A DNA stretch of 19,970 nt. Origin: Patescibacteria group bacterium (lineage in GTDB: Bacteria; Patescibacteriota; Minisyncoccia; UBA6257; HR35). Of the stretch, positions 10,080-17,377 are shown in pieces. Position 1 is the stretch's first letter. Each line of letters opens with the position of its first letter. The translations under genes and the position numbers were made by a program. Under the pieces are notes generated by a model. The model did not search any database, was not told where the DNA came from, and saw only the letters and a program-made list of their open reading frames with translations. The stretch spans positions 1-19,970 of the forward strand of contig JAMCWY010000007.1 of the NCBI GenBank assembly GCA_023480925.1, given 5' to 3'.

Positions 10080-11804
10080 TTAAGTTATTTTAACAATTTC
10101 TTCAAGATTGACAAGCCCAGCCAACGCCTTTAAAATTCCATCTTGACGCAAACTGATAAAATTTTGCTTCGGCAACAACTTTGCCACTTCTTCTTCGGTT
10201 AAACCTTGATAAACCGCGTTTTTAATCTCGTCAGTTATCAAAACCACTTCAAAAATTCCGATTCGGCCAACAAAGCCTTTAAAATTACACTTTTGACAGC
10301 CCTGAGGATAATAAATTTGGTAGTTATCGCCTTTGGCGTACTTGTCGGTCAAACCGCCGGGCAGATTTTTGAAACTTTCGTTGATAATCTTTTTAAAATT
10401 TTCGTCAGCGTCTTTCTTAACCTTGCAATCATCGCAAAGCCGCCGAGCCAGACGTTGGGAAATTAAAAGCAAAATTGTTTGAGGTAGAAGAAACCGCTCG
10501 ATGCCAATGTCAACTAAACGCGTAATCGTCCCAAGAGCGTTATTGGTATGAATGGTTGAAAGAACGAGATGGCCAGTCAAAGAAGCGTGAACCGCCAACT
10601 CGGCCGTTTCCCGATCGCGGATTTCACCGACTAAAATAATGTCCGGGTCTTGTCTTAAAATTTCTCTTAAGCCGGTCGCGAAGGTATAGTTGATTTCCGG
10701 CTTAACTTGAGACTGGTTAACGCCGTCAATCTCATACTCAACCGGATCCTCCAAGCTAACCAAATTGACATTCTCTTTATTTAATTCTTGAAGCATGGCG
10801 TAAAGGCTGGTCGTCTTGCCCGAACCGGTCGGCCCGCTGATCAAAATCATTCCGAACGGCCGCTTGATTGCCGCTTTGATTTTGTCAAAATTAAAATCAG
10901 AAACGCCGATCTCGGGCAAACGCTTAAGGCCAACGCTTGGATCGAGAACTCTGATCGCGACCTTCTCCGTTCCCGCGACCGGCAAAATGCCGACGCGAAA
11001 ATCAATTTCACGGTCTTCAACCCAGGCTCGAAAACGGCCGTCTTGAGGCACCCGCGTCTCTTCAATTTTCATGTCGGCCAAAATTTTAATCCGATTGATC
11101 AGCTGATAATGAATATCCTTGGGGAAATAAGCGACGGTTTTAAGATCGCCTTGGATTCGAAAACGCAGTCTGGTCCGATCGCTCAAAGGTTCAAGATGAA
11201 CATCGGAAACTTTTTGAGCAACGCCTTCGGAAATAATAAACTCAATCAGTTTGATCACGGGCGCCTCCTCGGTCGGCAAAACTTCTTCGGTCAAACGAAC
11301 AATCTCTTTAGTCTGATCGTAAGGTTTGCGTTCGCGAAACTGATTAATCAAACCTTTCAGCTCTTTGCTAAAAAGATGATACTGGCGAATGGCGAAATAA
11401 AAATCGTTGAACGAAATTAAAAAAATCTTCGGCTCAACCCGAAGCGAGGTTTTAATGAACTCGATCGCCTCGGTTAAGTTTGGTTGGTTCGGATTAACCA
11501 CACCGATGTCGACTTCGTTATTCCGGTGATCGAAAGCGACGATCTGATAAACCTTGGCCGTATTCTCGGGGATAATCGTTAAAACTTTTTCGTCGATAAT
11601 TTCGTCTTGGTTGAAAACTTTAACCGGTAATTTAAAAATCTCTTTTTTAATTTTCAAAATCTCCTGGCCCGAAACGCGATTGGTTTGATAAAGATACTCT
11701 TCCAAACCAACCTTCCTTTCTTTAGCTGCCTCCAACCACGATTGGATTTGATCCGGGTAAAGTTCTTTAATCTTATTAGTTAAAGTTTCTTCCACGTTTG
11801 GCAT
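10080..11804 (-). CDS. pilB: Type IV pilus assembly ATPase (GspE/PilB family)
   Basis: 574 aa. An N-terminal GSPII-type domain is followed by GPTGSGKTT, DPDIILVGEIRD, TGHLVLSTIHTNNA and the tetracysteine motif CDDC..CQKC. Confidence 0.93.
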   Translation of the reverse strand: MPNVEETLTNKIKELYPDQIQSWLEAAKERKVGLEEYLYQTNRVSGQEILKIKKEIFKLPVKVFNQDEIIDEKVLTIIPENTAKVYQIVAFDHRNNEVDIGVVNPNQPNLTEAIEFIKTSLRVEPKIFLISFNDFYFAIRQYHLFSKELKGLINQFRERKPYDQTKEIVRLTEEVLPTEEAPVIKLIEFIISEGVAQKVSDVHLEPLSDRTRLRFRIQGDLKTVAYFPKDIHYQLINRIKILADMKIEETRVPQDGRFRAWVEDREIDFRVGILPVAGTEKVAIRVLDPSVGLKRLPEIGVSDFNFDKIKAAIKRPFGMILISGPTGSGKTTSLYAMLQELNKENVNLVSLEDPVEYEIDGVNQSQVKPEINYTFATGLREILRQDPDIILVGEIRDRETAELAVHASLTGHLVLSTIHTNNALGTITRLVDIGIERFLLPQTILLLISQRLARRLCDDCKVKKDADENFKKIINESFKNLPGGLTDKYAKGDNYQIYYPQGCQKCNFKGFVGRIGIFEVVLITDEIKNAVYQGLTEEEVAKLLPKQNFISLRQDGILKALAGLVNLEEIVKIT

Positions 11805-11807
11805 TGG

Positions 11808-12107
11808 TTATTCAAATATATTCTGTTTGCCAATTTCCGAAGGCGTCAAAGTTGGAATAGTTAGGCTTTGGGCCGGCGGAACAAGATTTTTCAAATTATT
11901 CGCCGCCTGATTAATATCATATTTTTGAATATAATTCATCTCGTTTTGAATCCGAGTCATTTCCGGCGAAACCGGCGCTTCTTTTTTCAAAATGCCGAAA
12001 TGCCATAACAACAACCAGCCAGCCAAACCAACGAAGACAAGAACGATCAAACTGAGACCAAGATCAAGCCAAGATGATTTTTTATTTTTATCGAAATTAA
12101 TTTTCAT
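11808..12107 (-). CDS. Small single-pass membrane protein, pilus-locus associated
   Basis: 99 aa with one TM helix (WLDLGLSLIVLVFVGLAGWLLLW). It is coupled to the upstream gene through an overlapping TAATG stop/start. No family was recognised. Confidence 0.5.
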   Translation of the reverse strand: MKINFDKNKKSSWLDLGLSLIVLVFVGLAGWLLLWHFGILKKEAPVSPEMTRIQNEMNYIQKYDINQAANNLKNLVPPAQSLTIPTLTPSEIGKQNIFE

Positions 12108-12688
12108 TATTTTGTCGTTGGCGCGTTTGGATTAATCAGCTTAACCGGCAGAAGATAATAGGTTTGATAGATTAAATCGGCTTTAGTTCCGCTCGCCGTC
12201 CGATTCAAACTCATTTCGTTCAAATCAAAAAGACGGCTGTAATTATAAATTGAATTAAATAGACCGATTAAATGGGGATAATCGCCGTTATAGGTTAGAT
12301 GAAAAACTTCCGGTTGAAGCGACTGAATATTCAACTCCGGCAAATCAATTGTGGTCCCGGCGATAAAATTGATATTTTGCAATTCAGCCGCGCCGTTCGA
12401 ACTTAAAATTTGGTTCAAGATCAAACTCGTCTCGTCATTTTTGAACGTTCGCGGCAGATAAATATCGAGGTACGGCTGGCTCGAGACCAAAGATTGAATG
12501 TTGGCGCTTTGGCTCAAAGTTTGACTTAGATTTTGTAAAACCTTAACCTTGGCCAACTCGATTTTTTGCTCGTTGTTCTTTTCAATTAAACTTAAATCCG
12601 AACGATAATTCGGCAGAATACCTCTGAACAATAACGAGATAATGCCGATGATTAAAAAGACGATAACAAGATTAATGATTAGGCGCAT
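12107..12688 (-). CDS. PilO-like pilus alignment protein (tentative)
   Basis: An N-terminal TM helix is followed by a predicted coiled region, and the gene sits in the pilM-N-O position. The call rests on architecture and synteny only. Confidence 0.5.
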   Translation of the reverse strand: MRLIINLVIVFLIIGIISLLFRGILPNYRSDLSLIEKNNEQKIELAKVKVLQNLSQTLSQSANIQSLVSSQPYLDIYLPRTFKNDETSLILNQILSSNGAAELQNINFIAGTTIDLPELNIQSLQPEVFHLTYNGDYPHLIGLFNSIYNYSRLFDLNEMSLNRTASGTKADLIYQTYYLLPVKLINPNAPTTK

Positions 12689-13190
12689 TGAAAAGATTTT
12701 TGTTTAATTTGCCATCAAAGGTCAAATCAACCGCGCCCGTCTTTGAATCAATATTGAAATCATCGTTCAAATCAGTAAAGTTTGGACTCGTTTTGAAATA
12801 AGCGATGACTCGAACCGCCTGAAAAAGATTCGGCACTGTTCCTTTAATTTCAAAGACGCCGGTTTGAACGTCAACCTGAAAGCTCTTGACAGTTAGTTCT
12901 TTCGGCAAGGTATTATCGATATTGTTCAAAAGAACAACCGGCGATCGGCGTTGACCGATCAATTTTTCCAGGTAAAGAAATTGGATAAACGCGCTGTATT
13001 CTTTGCCGCTTAAAGCATTCAAATTCAAACTGTTGATGGTACCGTCAATTTTGTTTTTATTTTGGCTGATAGTGTTGTTTAAACGTCCTTGCCAAAAAAT
13101 CAAACCGAAGTTAGCCGACCAGAGCAAGCCGTAGGCGGCGGCCAGAACTAAAATTAATTTAACCGGCGCGGTTTGAAGAAAATCTTTCAT
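12672..13190 (-). CDS. PilN-like pilus alignment protein (tentative)
   Basis: A single TM helix near the N-terminus, directly downstream of pilM. I did not see the canonical INLLP motif. Confidence 0.45.
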   Translation of the reverse strand: MKDFLQTAPVKLILVLAAAYGLLWSANFGLIFWQGRLNNTISQNKNKIDGTINSLNLNALSGKEYSAFIQFLYLEKLIGQRRSPVVLLNNIDNTLPKELTVKSFQVDVQTGVFEIKGTVPNLFQAVRVIAYFKTSPNFTDLNDDFNIDSKTGAVDLTFDGKLNKNLFNAPNH

Positions 13191-13223
13191 TGATTTTTCC
13201 CTCTTGGCCCAAGGTCAAGACGA

Positions 13224-14285
13224 TTATTTTATTTTATCAAAAAAATATTTAAAACAAGCGCCCAAGGCTTGGCTCAAAACCGGTCCGCGCTTCAACTCAA
13301 CGCCCTTAACCCGGCTAGGCAAAATAATTTTATCGAAAGGGTCCATTAAAGCGATTGGGAATTTGGTTATTTTCGACGCGAGCAAATTCAAAAAACCAGG
13401 CGCTAAAACTAAACCGCCGGTTAAGAGCAAAGTATCGATATTAATCAAAAATCTTTCTTCAACTTCGTTAACCGACTGAGTTAGTTCGTTCGCCAAATTG
13501 CCAACGAAATTAAAAATATTCGCCTGAAGATCGCTCTCCTCGGGCGGCAAATTAAAACCATTCTCAACCAAAAAATCTTCGGCTCGATCGAAAACAACGT
13601 TCATCATTGTCGCCATCGATTGAATCAAATCGTACGCTCGGAATTGAATTTTTTTGCCGTAGATTATTTTATTCTGGTGGAAAACCAAAAACAAAGAATA
13701 ACTCGTGCCCAAATCAATGATGGCCTTAGGCGACGTATCAACCAAAAACGGCTCAATCGCCAAGAATTCCGGAATAGTTTTGCGCAATTTTAAACCGGCG
13801 ATCATCGAAGCATTTTGAAATTTTTCAATTAAATTTTTGGGCGAGGCGACCATAAAAATCAGCCAACGCGGTTGGCTTTCTTGCTGATAAATATTTTGGA
13901 ATTGGAAAGCGCGCCAATCAATCGCCACCTCGTCCGCGGCGATCGGAATATACTTGCTTGCCTCGTAAATGATGGCGTTTTTTAAATTTTTTTCCGAAAT
14001 CAACGGCAAAGAAAAAAAAGAGGAAAAGAGCAAGTTAGCCGGCAAGACGAAAATCGCCTCCCGCGTCTTAAAATCTTTCGTCACCTCGCCCAAGAGTTGG
14101 CCAAGATTTTCCTCAAAAGTCTGAGACGTATCGAGCAAACGGCCAAACTGCTCCGACCAAGACAAAGACGTGATAGAATAATTTAAAAGCTTGATATTGC
14201 GGTTCACTTTTTCCGTCTCCACCACTTTGATGTGTTTTGAACCCAAATCAATGCCAAGAATTTTATTTTGACCGAAAATGGACAT
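13224..14285 (-). CDS. pilM: Type IV pilus assembly protein PilM (actin-like ATPase fold)
   Basis: MSIFGQNKILGIDLGSKHIKVVE.. is the typical PilM N-terminus. The start is taken at the ATG at 14285, because the longer ORF to 14351 is just the antisense of comF. Confidence 0.85.
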   Translation of the reverse strand: MSIFGQNKILGIDLGSKHIKVVETEKVNRNIKLLNYSITSLSWSEQFGRLLDTSQTFEENLGQLLGEVTKDFKTREAIFVLPANLLFSSFFSLPLISEKNLKNAIIYEASKYIPIAADEVAIDWRAFQFQNIYQQESQPRWLIFMVASPKNLIEKFQNASMIAGLKLRKTIPEFLAIEPFLVDTSPKAIIDLGTSYSLFLVFHQNKIIYGKKIQFRAYDLIQSMATMMNVVFDRAEDFLVENGFNLPPEESDLQANIFNFVGNLANELTQSVNEVEERFLINIDTLLLTGGLVLAPGFLNLLASKITKFPIALMDPFDKIILPSRVKGVELKRGPVLSQALGACFKYFFDKIK

Positions 14286-14976
14286 TCTTAAATTATACCA
14301 AAAAACCAAAGAAGGACTGACCCAAGTTTTAGCCCCGTCTTTTTGTTTCAACTGCCAAAAACTTTTACGCGATCAATATCTTTGTTCCAACTGCCTACTT
14401 GAAACAAATTTTAGTTTGGATCTCTGCTGCCCATTTTGCGATCGGCGCAAACCTTTTATCGTCAACCCGGCCAAAATCTGTTGCCACAACTTTCTCTCAA
14501 GCCTGATTTATTTCGGCCAGTATGAAAACAAACCGATCAACCAACTGATAAAAACCGCCAAATATCAAGGTTATTTCACGATTTTTGACTGGCTCGGCGG
14601 TCTAATGGCGGGGAAACTGAAACAATTAAGATTTTCTCCCGATTACAAACTCGTCCCCATTCCCCTTCACCCCAAACGTTTTAAAGAACGCGGTTTTAAC
14701 CAGGCCGAGGTTATCGCCAATCAAATCAGTTCTTTGACCGGTTTGGAAGTTAAAAATAGCCTGATTCGAATCATCAACAACCAAAGCCAAGCGAGTTTAA
14801 CCGGAAAAGATCGGGAGCAAAACGTTAAAGGAATTTTTAAAACAATCGAGCCAACGCCGAAAAAAATCATTTTGATTGATGATGTTTGGACCACCGGCGC
14901 GACTCTAATCGAAGCAAGCAAAACATTAAAAGCAAATAATGCTAAAATTATCATAGGCTTGACAATTTTGAAATAA
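14278..14976 (+). CDS. comF: ComF-family protein (phosphoribosyltransferase-type competence protein)
   Basis: An N-terminal Cys-rich finger (CFNC..CSNC..CPFC) plus the PRTase motif IILIDDVWTTGATL. Confidence 0.85.
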   Translation: MDILKLYQKTKEGLTQVLAPSFCFNCQKLLRDQYLCSNCLLETNFSLDLCCPFCDRRKPFIVNPAKICCHNFLSSLIYFGQYENKPINQLIKTAKYQGYFTIFDWLGGLMAGKLKQLRFSPDYKLVPIPLHPKRFKERGFNQAEVIANQISSLTGLEVKNSLIRIINNQSQASLTGKDREQNVKGIFKTIEPTPKKIILIDDVWTTGATLIEASKTLKANNAKIIIGLTILK

Positions 14977-15142
14977 TCGCTCCTTGCCAAAATAACGCGG
15001 AACTATACGAACCACTAAGTAAAACAATCAGCGGTTTAAGTAAGAAAAAAGGTCGAAATAAAAATAAAATAAAAAATCAGAATCTAATCAAACCGGGTCG
15101 CGTTATGATTTTGAATCCGCATAAAAAATTGACTTCTTCCTC

Positions 15143-15217
15143 GCCCCTATGGTGAAACGGACATCACACTGGTCTTCGGAACCAGCATTGGAGGTTCGAA
15201 TCCTCCTAGGGGCACCA
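15143..15217 (+). tRNA. tRNA-Arg (anticodon UCG), CCA encoded
   Basis: Hand-folded cloverleaf. The acceptor stem is GCCCCTA/TAGGGGC and the D stem is GTGA/TCAC with a GG loop. The anticodon stem is CTGGT/ACCAG with loop CT-TCG-GA. The T stem is GGAGG/CCTCC with loop TTCGAAT. Discriminator A and CCA follow. Confidence 0.93.
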
Positions 15218-16718
15218 GAATAAAACTAGACGGCTTTTTGGAAGCCATTTGGTGGGCGGCCCGCAAGGCCGCCCATTGAGTTTGCCCCGATGAATCCTTG
15301 CCGCTCGGCGCGCGCAGGCGCGCCTCGCGGTTGGCCAAAACGAGGTTCGAGCCGAAAAGTTTTTCGGCGGCAACCTTTTTCTCAAAAAGGTTGCTCTCTT
15401 GTGCGATTTTAGGCAAGGAACTTGCCTCTTTTATCCATTCTGCCATCGGTTCGAGCCAGCCAGTCCGCTTTTGTTCAAGTCGGGTAGATTGCTCCTCCAG
15501 CGACTTCTTTTCGGAAAGTAATTTTGCTTTTTCCACGCGATAAATTTCACGGTCAATGTCTTGCTCCAAATAACCATCAAGAAGTCGCTGAAGTTTAAGC
15601 GAGATGGTTTTTATTTTCTCTCGCGCTTCTTGAACAAAAGCGGTTGAGGATTGGGCGGCTCCGATTTTTTCTTTTTCAAGTTTGGCGCTTAGTTTTGCCG
15701 CCCAATCCGGCCTCAAAGAAAATTTTTGAAGCAGAGAGGATAACTGCCGATCCAGTTCTTCCTCGCGCACATATGGCTGACCACACTGGATATTCTTCTT
15801 GGTGCAACGATAGTAAGTATGACCTTTTTGGATTTCGGCAGTTATCATGCGTCCACACTCCCCACATCGCAGTAAACCAACAAATGGTTTTTCAACCTTA
15901 CCTTTAGTTTTTGGTTTGCCTCTCTGCTTCAATACATCTTGAACTTTATCAAAAATTTTCTTTGAGACGACTGGCTGGTGCTTGCCCTCGTGGATTTCAC
16001 CGCCATAGCGAAAATGGCCATAGTAGAAGGGATTGGAAAGGATAAAAGTAATTCTGTCTCGGTGGAGTCGCTTGCCGTTTTTGGAATGGACACCGGATTG
16101 CGCCAAAAAATTGGAAATATCCTCAAGACGAGAGTGGTTCTGTGCATATAGCTCAAACGCTCTACGAATGATTGAGGCGCGTTTTTTGTCCACAATGATA
16201 GATTTATTGCGAACGTCATTTATGTATCCTATTGGAGCTAAACTGGTGTATTCTCCGCGCCTCACTTTTTGGCGCAATCCTCGTTTGGTGTTCTCGGCAA
16301 GCGAATCCACATAGTATTTGCTTTGCCCAAAGGCGATACTCAACATAAATTTTCCTTGCGATGTATTTTCTGCCCAAAAGGTTGGAAATTTGAGTATCGC
16401 CAAATGCCCGCAATCCAAAAGATAGATAATGCGTCCACCGTCAACAGAATTGCGCGCCAGTCTGTCGGGATGCCAGGCCAAAATTCCGTTGGCTTCACCA
16501 GCTTCAATACGTTTTATCATTTCACCAAAAATCAGTCTGCCCGGAATTTTGGCCGACTGTTTTTCTACAAGCTCCTCGATAATGTTCAGTCCTTCGGTTT
16601 TCGCAAAGGCGTGCAATTCTGTGATCTGCGCTTCAATACTCAACACCTGCTTGTCCTCAACATCGGTGGACTTGCGGGCATACAAAAAGAATTTTTGCGG
16701 TGAAATAATTTTGTCCAT
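15147..16718 (-). CDS. Large serine recombinase (resolvase/invertase catalytic domain, recombinase domain, zinc ribbon, coiled coil)
   Basis: It has YARKSTD (the nucleophile Ser context), HPDRLARN, the recombinase domain, the zinc ribbon CGECG..YYRC..C and a long coiled coil. The last ~68 codons are encoded by IR-L and the antisense of the tRNA, so that tail is probably not a real domain. Confidence 0.9.
   Translation of the reverse strand: MDKIISPQKFFLYARKSTDVEDKQVLSIEAQITELHAFAKTEGLNIIEELVEKQSAKIPGRLIFGEMIKRIEAGEANGILAWHPDRLARNSVDGGRIIYLLDCGHLAILKFPTFWAENTSQGKFMLSIAFGQSKYYVDSLAENTKRGLRQKVRRGEYTSLAPIGYINDVRNKSIIVDKKRASIIRRAFELYAQNHSRLEDISNFLAQSGVHSKNGKRLHRDRITFILSNPFYYGHFRYGGEIHEGKHQPVVSKKIFDKVQDVLKQRGKPKTKGKVEKPFVGLLRCGECGRMITAEIQKGHTYYRCTKKNIQCGQPYVREEELDRQLSSLLQKFSLRPDWAAKLSAKLEKEKIGAAQSSTAFVQEAREKIKTISLKLQRLLDGYLEQDIDREIYRVEKAKLLSEKKSLEEQSTRLEQKRTGWLEPMAEWIKEASSLPKIAQESNLFEKKVAAEKLFGSNLVLANREARLRAPSGKDSSGQTQWAALRAAHQMASKKPSSFILVPLGGFEPPMLVPKTSVMSVSP
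15213..15349. repeat. Left 137-bp inverted repeat (IR-L)
   Basis: Its reverse complement equals 16887-17023 at 136/137 positions. The single mismatch is 15288 C versus 16948 A. It starts inside the tRNA 3' end (C-A-CCA). Confidence 0.95.
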
Positions 16719-16822
16719 AATATTGAAAACTTAAATGGCCGCCCTAGTTGTACTCAACTCGATTGCTCAAGCTGACTAAGACGGCCATTAAAATAAGCAA
16801 TCGGTCAGTTGAGTACATAATC

Positions 16823-16851
16823 ATTATAGCAAAAATTTTTTTGTTGGGCAA
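16823..16851 (-). promoter_or_regulatory. Candidate sigma70 promoter of the recombinase gene
   Basis: On the minus strand: TTGCCC (16851-16846), a 17-nt spacer, then TATAAT (16828-16823). This predicts a leader of about 95 nt before the ATG at 16718. Confidence 0.5.
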
Positions 16852-16886
16852 ATCAAATCCGAGACAGAATTAAAATCGCACAAGAG

Positions 16887-17023
16887 CGAACCTCGTTTTG
16901 GCCAACCGCGAGGCGCGCCTGCGCGCGCCGAGCGGCAAGGATTCATCAGGGCAAACTCAATGGGCGGCCTTGCGGGCCGCCCACCAAATGGCTTCCAAAA
17001 AGCCGTCTAGTTTTATTCTGGTG
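16887..17023. repeat. Right 137-bp inverted repeat (IR-R)
   Basis: Reverse complement of 15213-15349 (136/137). A further 16 nt (16871-16886) match 15396-15411 across a 46-nt gap in the left arm. Confidence 0.95.
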
Positions 17024-17244
17024 TATTTATACAACCAAGCTCGAACGTATTTTAGCAGAAATTTCTGACCAAAGGAAGCCGCCCCGCCGCCGCTCGCTAA
17101 CGCTCGCCAGCCAGCAAAAAAGTTTTCTTCGCTTTTCCTGATGTACGCGCGACCGATTTTTTCTTCTAAAAAGGAAGGGGATATTTTTCTGCTCGGTTCC
17201 GCCCTCCAAGTATTCGGGCGGTGCGGCGGGGCTAACAATGCGGG

Positions 17245-17305
17245 CGAGGCAAAGCAAAACTATTTTTGCGGGAGGAAAAGGATTTGCTTTGCCTCGACTT
17301 TTTTT
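17245..17305 (+). terminator. Plus-strand intrinsic-terminator-like hairpin with no plus-strand gene upstream
   Basis: A 14-bp perfect stem (CGAGGCAAAGCAAA / TTTGCTTTGCCTCG) with a 24-nt loop that is partly self-pairing, followed by AC and T7. Confidence 0.4.
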
Positions 17306-17377
17306 GTGCGGGGATTTGGTATCCGCCGCGCAGGAGGGTGCGGGAGGAATGCGCGGCGGATTTTCGCGGGCAAGGCC

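Larger units (their letters stand above)
15213..17023. mobile_element. IR-bounded serine-recombinase cassette (invertible segment or long-TIR IS-like unit)
   Basis: 1811 bp holding one recombinase gene with its own promoter, bounded by 137-bp near-perfect inverted repeats. It sits exactly between the tRNA-Arg 3' end and a compositionally different region. Confidence 0.55.

Noticed and set aside
10788-11420. A 210-aa plus-strand ORF (plus 76-aa and 72-aa ORFs) inside pilB
   Set aside because: It lies entirely antisense to or out of frame with a very well-supported PilB ATPase gene. The product is low-complexity and Arg/Asn-rich with no recognisable motif. This is a typical shadow ORF.
14286-14351. 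A longer PilM start at 14351 (22 extra residues, MKQKDGAKTWVSPSLVFWYNLR)
   Set aside because: The extension is the antisense of the conserved ComF N-terminus. PilM homologs begin close to the ..ILGIDLGS.. motif, so I prefer the internal ATG at 14285.
15130-15135. TTGACT hexamer just upstream of tRNA-Arg as its -35 element
   Set aside because: It lies only 7 nt before the first tRNA base, so a matching -10 would fall inside the mature tRNA. I could not support any promoter for the tRNA.
15147-15212. Treating the last 21 residues of the recombinase ORF as a genuine C-terminal domain
   Set aside because: The peptide (PLGGFEPPMLVPKTSVMSVSP) is the familiar antisense translation of a tRNA T-arm and anticodon arm. 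The ORF simply lacks an earlier stop.
16957-17238. A 93-aa minus-strand ORF starting in the spacer and ending in IR-R
   Set aside because: Its C-terminal part (..LDGFLEAIWWAARKAAH) is just IR sequence read in another frame. It has no start context and no family resemblance.
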